IMG/VR virus record: IMGVR_UViG_3300032373_001170
Location: 1-64,000 of that record
DNA from: a virus
Taxonomy: Duplodnaviria > Caudoviricetes
Strand: one strand, 5' to 3'
Length of the DNA stretch: 64,000 nucleotides
The notes under the pieces were generated by a model. The model had not been told where the DNA came from and searched no databases. It saw nothing but the letters and a program-made list of their open reading frames with translations. Of this stretch, positions 54,165 to 62,430 are shown piece after piece (within the stretch, counting starts at the first letter, position 1; each line of letters begins with the position of its first letter). Made by a program: the position numbers and the translations under genes.

Positions 54165-55595
54165 ATGAATCCATCTTTAATTTTTCCTGAAGGGGCGACG
54201 ACCGGACAGGCAGATATGTCATCCGTGCAGGAGCTTCGAAAAGCGCTGGAGGCAGGATACGGAACCGATGTAAGCGCATTAACAGGCGGTGGCGCGTTAC
54301 GTATTCAGTCACTAGATACAACTATGATGGCTACTATACAGCAGAACCAGCATTTTACTTTATTTAACGCATTACAGACGTCAGACGCAACAGCGACTGT
54401 TGATGAATGGACAGAGCAAGATGGTGTGGGTGGATTCCCAGGGGGGTCAACCAATACAGAAACTGGCGGTATTGGGTCAGCTACCGGAGAGTATGCTAGA
54501 CGCACAGGCTCTGTTAAATATTTAATGACTCGACGTGAAGTGTCACTAGTTACGACACTGCAAAACAACATTACCGACGCTGAAACAATTGAGCAAAATA
54601 ACGGTGCACTACAGTTGTTGACGGACGCAGAGCATTTGTGCTTTGAGGGCGATTCGACAGTCGTTCCGACTGAATATGACGGTATCTACACTCAGTTACG
54701 CGATCTGAATAGCTCTGATCATATTATTGATTTGGCTGCGACTCCATTAGATTCTATTGGGCCGATTAATAGCGCAGCCGCTGTCATTGCTGGTCCTGGT
54801 AATTTTGGACGCCCAACAGATTTGTATTGTTCATTTTTGGTCCAATCAGATTTTGATACAGGTTTAGACCCTGCATTTCGCGTCGCCCTGGACAATAATC
54901 CTAACAGCTTAATGTTAGGCGCTCCAGTGACAGGTATTCGAACATCACACGGTAATATCAAAAATTGCCCTGACGTGTTTATTCGTGATGAGGTTCAGCA
55001 ACAGCCATTTGAGCTGCAGTATCCGGCTATTGCGGCAGTGAATAATTTTACCCCTCAATCTGCCGCTCCTGTAGCTTCGGCGCACGTTGATTCGAAATTT
55101 CAGGGAGCGCACGCTGGCAATTATTATTATTTGGTGGCTGGCGTGAATGCTAAAGGTCAGTCTGTAGGGTTTGTCTCTGCTCAGGTCGCCGTTGCTTCTG
55201 GAGATAGAGTGACTCTTACCATTGGTGCTTCAGCAGCGGATACAGAAACAGGGTATGTGATTTATCGTAGCCGTAGAAATGGCTCAAACGCTGTGAATGA
55301 TTTTCGTGAAATGGCGCGTATCGGCAAGACCGGTGCTTCAACTGCTTACGTTGACTATAACACGGATATCCCCGGATGTTCTAAGGCGTATGTTTTGAAT
55401 ATGCAGCAGGGTCAAAATGCTATCACCTGGCGACAACTGTTACCTATGATGCGTTTCGAGCTATATCCGACTAACTCCGCGGTTAAGCCTTGGGCGCAAC
55501 TGTTATTTGGATACTTGCGTATTGCGAAGCGTAAGCAGCACGTTGTCATCAAAAACATTCTACCCAATGGCGCGAAGTGGCAGCCTTTTGTGTAA
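54165..55595 (+). CDS. Major capsid protein (SPO1/Twort-like type)
   Basis: 476 aa; KALEAGYG..GGALRIQSLD N-arm; AEHLCFEGDS..EYDGI. Confidence 0.85.
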   Translation: MNPSLIFPEGATTGQADMSSVQELRKALEAGYGTDVSALTGGGALRIQSLDTTMMATIQQNQHFTLFNALQTSDATATVDEWTEQDGVGGFPGGSTNTETGGIGSATGEYARRTGSVKYLMTRREVSLVTTLQNNITDAETIEQNNGALQLLTDAEHLCFEGDSTVVPTEYDGIYTQLRDLNSSDHIIDLAATPLDSIGPINSAAAVIAGPGNFGRPTDLYCSFLVQSDFDTGLDPAFRVALDNNPNSLMLGAPVTGIRTSHGNIKNCPDVFIRDEVQQQPFELQYPAIAAVNNFTPQSAAPVASAHVDSKFQGAHAGNYYYLVAGVNAKGQSVGFVSAQVAVASGDRVTLTIGASAADTETGYVIYRSRRNGSNAVNDFREMARIGKTGASTAYVDYNTDIPGCSKAYVLNMQQGQNAITWRQLLPMMRFELYPTNSAVKPWAQLLFGYLRIAKRKQHVVIKNILPNGAKWQPFV

Positions 55596-55600
55596 TCCAT

Positions 55601-55640
55601 AAAGAGACATGCGTCATTGTTGACGCATGTCTCTTTTATT
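55601..55640 (+). terminator. Rho-independent terminator after the capsid gene
   Basis: 16-bp stem AAAGAGACATGCGTCA-TTGT-TGACGCATGTCTCTTT. Confidence 0.85.
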
Positions 55641-55795
55641 TGAATCTCTATGGGGTCCATTCCCCGCTCCTTGGAGCGAAAAATAAATTAGCTCAGCGAT
55701 TGAATACCCCGCTTTCGAGTGAAACAAGAAAGTCGAGCGTTCAGCGAGAGAGCTTGCTCCGGGGATATTTATTTATTCTAGTGAGAGGGTCTGAC

Positions 55796-56035
55796 ATGAG
55801 TGAAAAAAAGTTTACAGTTTTATGTGTGCTACCAAATGCGTCAAAGCAAATTAGCGGTATTTCCTTTGAACAAACAGTTGATGGGATGATTGCGCGGGAT
55901 GTTCCTGAGGAAATAGCTCTTAAGATGGGATCAATTGAAGGATATGAAATCAAGGAAGCCGCAGGAGATAAAAGCAGTCCCCCGGCAACTGATAACGCTA
56001 AAGGGGCTGAATCGAAGACAACAAAAGCAAAATAA
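55796..56035 (+). CDS. Small head-associated hypothetical protein
   Basis: 79 aa from ATG 55796 with SD GAGG. Confidence 0.6.
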   Translation: MSEKKFTVLCVLPNASKQISGISFEQTVDGMIARDVPEEIALKMGSIEGYEIKEAAGDKSSPPATDNAKGAESKTTKAK

Positions 56036-56054
56036 AATAATTACAAAACTCTGT

Positions 56055-56079
56055 GCGCCTATTCGTTAGGCGCTTTTTT
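56055..56079 (+). terminator. Rho-independent terminator
   Basis: GCGCCTA-TTCGT-TAGGCGC-TTTTTT. Confidence 0.75.
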
Positions 56080-56105
56080 ACTACCAAGTTCGTACGGAGT
56101 ATCTG

Positions 56106-56327
56106 ATGGGTAAAAATCAAAGAAATCTCAATAAGTCCAGCCCCGTTAATGCAGATGTTAAATTGGGTAACACGATTGCCGAATTGATTGCTGGATATAA
56201 TGACTTAGCATTAAAGTATAATTCACTTCTCGCGAAATTGGATGGTGACGCTGGCGTGACGGATGCAAATTATACAGCTCTATTATCTGCCGAATCCACC
56301 GACATTACTGATATCGAGTCTCGATAA
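56106..56327 (+). CDS. Small virion-associated hypothetical protein
   Basis: 73 aa; coiled stretch YNDLALKYNSLLAKLD. Confidence 0.65.
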   Translation: MGKNQRNLNKSSPVNADVKLGNTIAELIAGYNDLALKYNSLLAKLDGDAGVTDANYTALLSAESTDITDIESR

Positions 56328-57092
56328 GTGACTATCTTCGACAGAAAGAGATCTGTCCTTGAATTACAGAAAGACCGATTAATTCGTGTAGCTCAAACGT
56401 ATTTTCCTGATGTCGAGCTGTCAGATAATTATATCTGGGGGAAGTTGCGTGCGGCTGAACGTGAGATCGAAAAGAAACTTCGTGTTTTTTTGGAGCCGGT
56501 AGTCGTTTTACCTGAAACCGCTTCCCAAACAGAGATGGATGCACTTGATGCTGCGGGTACTCGGTGGGTTGAAGAGTCCGGCTATGATTGGAGTCCAGAG
56601 CTTTTTCAGGGTAATTCCTGGGGCTTCATTATTACGCGCAGAAAGCCAATTATATCGGTGGACTATATCAGATTTGAATACCCAATCAGTAACACAACTA
56701 TTTTTACTGTTCCTGATCAATGGATTCGCCTTGATAAAAAATATGGTCACATACGGCTATTGCCAGTAGGCACGCTGGTTTCTGCTCCGCTTAATAGCTA
56801 TATCATGTCTGTGATGGGGGGAGGGCAAACAGTTCCTCATATATTAATGCTGCGGTACACAGCGGGCATTAAGGATATATCAGAAGAGCATCCGGATATT
56901 GTTGATGCGATTAAAAAATTAGCTGTGTTGAAAATAATTGCTGATGAGTTTTTACCGACATCTTCCAGCATTAGCGCTGATGGATTGATTGAATCAACGT
57001 CGATTGATATGGATAAACATCACGCGCATATAGACAAAACCATTGAAGACGCACGCGATGAGCTTCAAGGTATTAGAATGATAGCGCTGTGA
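56328..57092 (+). CDS. Head-tail adaptor / neck protein
   Basis: 254 aa; AEREIEKKL, LRYTAG; position after the capsid gene. Confidence 0.65.
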   Translation: MTIFDRKRSVLELQKDRLIRVAQTYFPDVELSDNYIWGKLRAAEREIEKKLRVFLEPVVVLPETASQTEMDALDAAGTRWVEESGYDWSPELFQGNSWGFIITRRKPIISVDYIRFEYPISNTTIFTVPDQWIRLDKKYGHIRLLPVGTLVSAPLNSYIMSVMGGGQTVPHILMLRYTAGIKDISEEHPDIVDAIKKLAVLKIIADEFLPTSSSISADGLIESTSIDMDKHHAHIDKTIEDARDELQGIRMIAL

Positions 57093-57721
57093 AACTCTCT
57101 CCCAAGAAATTCAACCGATTTGTCGCGCGTATTGGGCAAAACGTTTCTTGGAAGCGAGCGTATGATTGTCCTTGCAAAGATCCTAATTCAGGAGCCGCTA
57201 GCTATGACTGTTTGATCTGCGATGGTGTTGGTCACGTTTGGGATGATGCTCTTCCCTGTAATCTGGCGCTTTCTGGTCAAAAGATCCAAAGGCAATGGGC
57301 CGATTTCGGTGCATGGGAAAATGGAGATGTAGTTGTAACGATTGGCAGTGATTCGCCAGTATACAAAGCTGGAGAATTTGATCGGATTACTCTGGAGGAT
57401 TCTAGCGCACCATTTTCGATTACAAAAATCCATGATGGTAGTGAAAGACTGCCATTTAAAATCGTTGTTATTGATCGAATATTCTGGCTAGACGATGAGA
57501 GCAATATCATTAATGGGGAAATTCCGACGGTTGATGTCGATGGCTCGCTAACCTGGATCGTTTCACCTCCGAGCGGAATTCAATACTCCATTACAGGCCG
57601 ACGCAGGCCCGAGTATTATATGTATCAAGAGTTTCCTCAAGACCGCGCGCACTTTCAAGGCGCTGCTTTACCGAGAAGGGTTGTTTTGCGCTCATTCGAA
57701 CTAATGAGTAAATCATTATGA
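57089..57721 (+). CDS. Head-closure / neck protein
   Basis: CPC..CLICDGVG and GEFDRITL pattern; position. Confidence 0.6.
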   Translation: MKLSPKKFNRFVARIGQNVSWKRAYDCPCKDPNSGAASYDCLICDGVGHVWDDALPCNLALSGQKIQRQWADFGAWENGDVVVTIGSDSPVYKAGEFDRITLEDSSAPFSITKIHDGSERLPFKIVVIDRIFWLDDESNIINGEIPTVDVDGSLTWIVSPPSGIQYSITGRRRPEYYMYQEFPQDRAHFQGAALPRRVVLRSFELMSKSL

Positions 57722-58539
57722 GTGCGCTCAATATATCGATAGATCTGGGCAGGTTAATACCACTTGATAGCGGTGTCGATAAAACTTTTCCTCACTTAGC
57801 CTTTGCGGTTAGAAAAATCACTGAACGAGGTCAAGAAATTTGGCAAGGGTATGCGTCAGGCGCTCAACTACCTGGCGGCGAAGTCATTCATTCTCGTTCC
57901 GGTAAATATCTTCGCTCAATCCAACAAAAAAGCACGGGGGAATTCAGCGGAGAAGTATTTTCTGACCTTCCTTACGCAAAAGGAATTGAAAGTGGATTTC
58001 CTGCGCGAGACATGAAAAAAATGCTCGATACTTCCGCGAAGACCAGAGTAAGCAAAAAAGGGAAGCGTTATCTAATAATACCTTTTAGACATGGGATACC
58101 GGGTTCCAACTTTAGAAGCGTTATGCCGGTCGAAGTTCATGATATGTGGCGAGGATTGAAATCGTCAAAAGTTACTGGTACACGTTTCGAGCCGTCAGCG
58201 ACCGGAGCGTTAAACATAAAAACAAGACGAGCGATGCAGGTAGCTCGGCGCACCTATAGATGGGGTGATCGCATGAAAGCAGAGCGATTGCTGTCTGCTG
58301 GCGTCACGGGTCGAAAGTTACGTGACATGACGGGCATGGTTAATTTAAAAAATCCGGAAGGTGGGCACTCATCATATATGACGTTTCGCGTGATGGTTGA
58401 AGGTAGTAGCGGATGGCTCGCGAAAGCAAGAGCAGGATATTTCCCGGCTAAAAGTACAGCAGAGCGATTGCGGCCTGCAGCTGAAGCTGCATTTAAAGAG
58501 GCTGTTAGCCGTGATGTTCAACACTATTTATTGAGGTAA
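57718..58539 (+). CDS. Neck / tail-completion protein
   Basis: SGKYLRSI, YAKGIESG..DMK, YLIIPFRHG, YMTFR. Confidence 0.6.
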   Translation: MSALNISIDLGRLIPLDSGVDKTFPHLAFAVRKITERGQEIWQGYASGAQLPGGEVIHSRSGKYLRSIQQKSTGEFSGEVFSDLPYAKGIESGFPARDMKKMLDTSAKTRVSKKGKRYLIIPFRHGIPGSNFRSVMPVEVHDMWRGLKSSKVTGTRFEPSATGALNIKTRRAMQVARRTYRWGDRMKAERLLSAGVTGRKLRDMTGMVNLKNPEGGHSSYMTFRVMVEGSSGWLAKARAGYFPAKSTAERLRPAAEAAFKEAVSRDVQHYLLR

Positions 58540-58541
58540 GA

Positions 58542-59360
58542 ATGATTAGCTACATATCGCCATTGCGTCCCGGTAATGCAACACATGTTTTTGTTTCCCC
58601 CCCTGAATCCGCTACTAAATGGCGATTGCTTCGGCGCACGGACGATTTGTTTTCCGGCGAAGATGATGCCGGCGCCGTGCTTGTCGAAGAAAGCAACGAT
58701 ACGAATATTATCGATGTGGAAGGTCTCATAAATGGCGTTCTCTATTATTACAAAATTTACTATTTCGATGGCTTGGTCTGGACATCATCAGCAACAAGCT
58801 CAGTTACACCTAATGCAATATATGAGGGTGATGATATTGATGTGCTGTCAATTCTACGTGACAGGCTTGCTGCAGGTTTAAAAGTGGAAGCTGCCAGGAA
58901 TAAGCTAAGGCCAAATTCTGGTGAAATAAAAGTAATGAACGCGCCTCCCAAATATGAAGACAACGCGTTCCCGGTCGTGAGTATACATTTAGATTCGGAT
59001 AGCGCTTCTGAGTGGGCGACTGGCTCTAACTTGTTTGTTGACGACGATGTTGAAGGTGAAAGTTGGTTAGCTAGATGGCAGATATCCATTATTGGATGGA
59101 GCTTAAATCCAGATGAGCGTATTAGTTTGAGGCGCGCGATAAAGCGGGTGATTGCGGCAAACTATGCAATTTTCAGTAGTAAATACGGAATGCAGCAAAT
59201 CGATTTTGACCAGAGCGATGTCGAGGATATGGAAAGGTTTTCAGCACCGGTGTATCAAGTTGCTACTCGGTTTAGCTGTATGGCTCCTGCATATGTTTTA
59301 GATAATCCTGATGTGAATGCCGGATTAATCGATAGCGTCGAGGTGGTTCACGCAGTATAG
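58542..59360 (+). CDS. Tail terminator-like protein with FN3-like N-terminus
   Basis: GLINGVLYYYKIY; FPVVSIHL.SD; upstream of the sheath gene. Confidence 0.55.
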   Translation: MISYISPLRPGNATHVFVSPPESATKWRLLRRTDDLFSGEDDAGAVLVEESNDTNIIDVEGLINGVLYYYKIYYFDGLVWTSSATSSVTPNAIYEGDDIDVLSILRDRLAAGLKVEAARNKLRPNSGEIKVMNAPPKYEDNAFPVVSIHLDSDSASEWATGSNLFVDDDVEGESWLARWQISIIGWSLNPDERISLRRAIKRVIAANYAIFSSKYGMQQIDFDQSDVEDMERFSAPVYQVATRFSCMAPAYVLDNPDVNAGLIDSVEVVHAV

Positions 59361-59375
59361 GAAAATGGAAAGTTT

Positions 59376-59597
59376 ATGAATGAAAAAATAAAACAAGCAG
59401 CAGAAAAGAAGGCTGAGATTCCAGACAGCTTCCCTTTAACGCTTGACGAATTTTGTGCGCAGATGTCTGCCGTTGATGATCGGGTTGAACTAATCGGCGG
59501 TTTTCACGCTTCGGAATTGGCATCTGGTAACGTGAAAGATACCTCGAAAAACTACAAGCTACGTTTTAGTGTTTTCTCAAATAAAGAAGTTAAATAA
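59376..59597 (+). CDS. Small hypothetical tail-region protein
   Basis: 73 aa. Confidence 0.6.
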   Translation: MNEKIKQAAEKKAEIPDSFPLTLDEFCAQMSAVDDRVELIGGFHASELASGNVKDTSKNYKLRFSVFSNKEVK

Positions 59598-59608
59598 GGG
59601 GGATTGTA

Positions 59609-61318
59609 ATGCCCGTGTTTTTTAATGGGCGAGTATATAACTCGCCAGGCGTAATGACTGCTGTCGATGACTCGGCGCTAGCGAATAGAAATATTAGCTC
59701 CGGAAACACGCTGGTATTAGTGGGAAGTTCTCTCGGTGGAGAGCCAGGTAAGGCCTTAGAGTTTAGCTCTCCCGCAGAGGCAAAGGGTGTGCTTCGTGGT
59801 GGTGAACTACTAACTGCGGTTGAATTTGCATTTAGCCCCAGCGCGCAGACTGGCGGACCTTCGAAAATAATTGCCGCACGCGTAAATCCCGCAACACAGT
59901 CTACGTTAAGCGTAGAGGCCTCTGCTGCTGAAGTGCTTTCCCTTAAATCAACTGATTATGGTTCTTATGCAAACCAGATCAAGGTGAAGATTGAGACTGG
60001 AACGAGTAAGGGCAAAAAACTTACGACTCAATTTGGGGATGACTATTTTAGTCAAGATGACGTATATCGCGAATCGTTTAGCGTTCAGTACACAGGCGCT
60101 CAGGTAACGGGTGAGATGACCGTGAGCAATTCTAGTGTTGTGTTGTCAGCTCCATCCGGTAATCCTGTCGCTACCATTGATCTGAATGTTTACGACACCG
60201 TTCAGAAACTTGTTGACTTCATTAGCTCGCAAGCCGATTTTACGTGCGCTGTTCTTGATGGTAACGGTGCGAAGTTAACGTTGAATAGTCTAGACAGCAC
60301 TACAAACGTCGATATCAAGACTGCCTCATACGTAGCGAAAGCTGATTTACAGGCTTGCGTTGACTGGTTTAACGGTGTTGGCGAGGGCTACGTAACAGCT
60401 ACTCGATCGGTAGCCGCAGGAATTGCGCCTGACAATATTTCATTCACGTACCTAGCTGGCGCAATTGACGGTGTTATTACAAATAACGAATGGAGTAGTG
60501 CTTTCAATATGCTCCAAACTGAAGACGTGCAGTGGGTCGTCCCTGTCACTTCTGATGCGTCTATACATGCAATGGCTGAAACGCATGTCAGTTACATGTC
60601 AACCATCGCAAAACAAGAGCGCCGATGCCTTGCTGGAGGTGCAATCGGTCTAACGGTTGATAATCATATTGCCGCCGCGAAAGCGCTTAATTCTGACCGA
60701 ATTTCGATGTGTGCTCCTGGGATTTACGAATACAATTCCGAAGGGGATTTAACTCTGTACGCGCCTTATATGACAGCTGCAAAAGTTGCTGGGGCTTTCG
60801 CTGGTGTAAGCCCTGGAACACCGATGACGAATAAGTCGATTGCTGTTCGGGGACTTGAATTTAAGTATAAGAACCCTAGTGATACCGATAAGCTAATCAA
60901 TGGAGGCGTCCTTGCGGTCGAAGATACCGGTCAGGATTATCGAGTCGTCAAAAGCATTACAACCTGGTTGACAGACAGTAATTACAATCGAGTCGAAGTA
61001 TCAACTGGTGTGGCGCTGGACTTTGTTTCTCGAACAGTAAGACCGGCGCTTCAGCGACTAGTAGGAAAGAAAGGTGGCCCGCTCTCATTAGCTGAAGCAG
61101 TCAGTGTTGCCGATTCTACTCTGCGTGAATTAGCGAGGCCCGAGCCTGGTGGTCCAGGAGTTATTGTTGGTGATGCAGAAAATCCGGCATATAGATCCAT
61201 ATCAGCAAGCCTTGAGGGTGATGTGCTTAGAGTTGAATTTCAGTGTAGCCCAGTTATTCCAATAAACTACGTGCCTACAATTATTCACGCAGTACCATTT
61301 TCAGCATCCGCTCAGTAG
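59609..61318 (+). CDS. Contractile tail sheath protein
   Basis: 569 aa; FFNGR..PGV, LKSTDYG..ANQIKVKIE, PMTNKSI, VVKSITT, VIPINYV. Confidence 0.9.
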   Translation: MPVFFNGRVYNSPGVMTAVDDSALANRNISSGNTLVLVGSSLGGEPGKALEFSSPAEAKGVLRGGELLTAVEFAFSPSAQTGGPSKIIAARVNPATQSTLSVEASAAEVLSLKSTDYGSYANQIKVKIETGTSKGKKLTTQFGDDYFSQDDVYRESFSVQYTGAQVTGEMTVSNSSVVLSAPSGNPVATIDLNVYDTVQKLVDFISSQADFTCAVLDGNGAKLTLNSLDSTTNVDIKTASYVAKADLQACVDWFNGVGEGYVTATRSVAAGIAPDNISFTYLAGAIDGVITNNEWSSAFNMLQTEDVQWVVPVTSDASIHAMAETHVSYMSTIAKQERRCLAGGAIGLTVDNHIAAAKALNSDRISMCAPGIYEYNSEGDLTLYAPYMTAAKVAGAFAGVSPGTPMTNKSIAVRGLEFKYKNPSDTDKLINGGVLAVEDTGQDYRVVKSITTWLTDSNYNRVEVSTGVALDFVSRTVRPALQRLVGKKGGPLSLAEAVSVADSTLRELARPEPGGPGVIVGDAENPAYRSISASLEGDVLRVEFQCSPVIPINYVPTIIHAVPFSASAQ

Positions 61319-61330
61319 GAGAATTAAGTA

Positions 61331-61756
61331 ATGGCTCAAAAAAATGTGCAGACACATAGTGCAAATAGAGTTCTTGTTAAGATGGATGGCACAACCGTTG
61401 GTGCGATTCAATCCATGAGAAGCAGTGATGACTATTCACCCGATGCAGCTTCAGGGGTTGGTGATATCCATGCGTTTGAATACGTACCGACAATGGCTCG
61501 CCATACTATCAACGTTTCTAGCATGGTGCTGATTAAAGCTAATCTCCGAAAGCTGGGATTAATACCAGAAAATGGTGACGCAGTGCTGAAAGGTAATGTC
61601 TATGACATTATTGAGCAAGACAAAGATACCGGTGAGATTTTACGAAAGTTCATTGGGTGCTCTTACGCAAGTGGTGATATTGATGTGCAGAAACATCAGA
61701 TCGTTACTTCCAATGCGGTATTTAATGCGCTTGATGTATCTGGCTTAAATGCATAG
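61331..61756 (+). CDS. Tail tube protein
   Basis: 141 aa right after the sheath; HSANRV.VK.DG..VG.IQS. Confidence 0.82.
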   Translation: MAQKNVQTHSANRVLVKMDGTTVGAIQSMRSSDDYSPDAASGVGDIHAFEYVPTMARHTINVSSMVLIKANLRKLGLIPENGDAVLKGNVYDIIEQDKDTGEILRKFIGCSYASGDIDVQKHQIVTSNAVFNALDVSGLNA

Positions 61757-61793
61757 TTAGTCACCTGGATTATTTTTAGTAGGAGGGTCGATA

Positions 61794-62180
61794 TTGGAAT
61801 CGTTTGCGCTTAATCCCGTAATGGAGACAATCAAAACCGATGAAGCCGGGAAGCCCGTTTTAAATAAAGGGTTGCCAGAAAAAGAGGAAAAAAAATTAGG
61901 AGAGTTCATATTTCGGCGTCGTACTTTACGAGATGAATTTAAGATCGGTGCTGAGTATTCTCGCCTCACCGAAGGAATCGATACTCCATCTCGTGGACTT
62001 AGTTATATATCAGAGGCCACTGCAAATATAAAAGTCCTGCTAGTCGCGGGTCCTGACGGATGGGATCTTGAAAAGCTTGACCCGCTCGACCAAGACACCT
62101 TCACGGAAATAACTACGATTTACAAAGCCCTTCAAGAGAGGGAAATTTTTTTTCGTGGAGAGCGAAAACGCCACAGTTAA
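61794..62180 (+). CDS. Tail assembly chaperone (G-like)
   Basis: SD AGGAGG with TTG start; between tube and tape measure; T8 run near the end. Confidence 0.7.
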   Translation: MESFALNPVMETIKTDEAGKPVLNKGLPEKEEKKLGEFIFRRRTLRDEFKIGAEYSRLTEGIDTPSRGLSYISEATANIKVLLVAGPDGWDLEKLDPLDQDTFTEITTIYKALQEREIFFRGERKRHS

Positions 62181-62430
62181 AAAAATAGGACGCAGAAACG
62201 CTGGCACTTTTAGATTGTGGTATCGCCGTACGTACAACTTGGCGCCAACAGATGACCGTTATTTAGACGCAACTGATCAAATTATTGAGGCTGAATACTA
62301 CTCCCATTTTTTTGATGACCTCCATCAAAAAGGCAAGCTCGATGACTACGTTGAGGATGATGCTTTCGATGAAACACTTGAATCAATAACTAACAACGAA
62401 GAGGAGTGGGAGGTTCCAGATGAGCGTTAG
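62155..62430 (+). CDS. Tail assembly chaperone extension (T-like)
   Basis: WYRRTYNLAPTDDRYLDAT; overlaps the upstream ORF in the +1/-2 frame. Confidence 0.65.
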   Translation: MESENATVKKIGRRNAGTFRLWYRRTYNLAPTDDRYLDATDQIIEAEYYSHFFDDLHQKGKLDDYVEDDAFDETLESITNNEEEWEVPDER

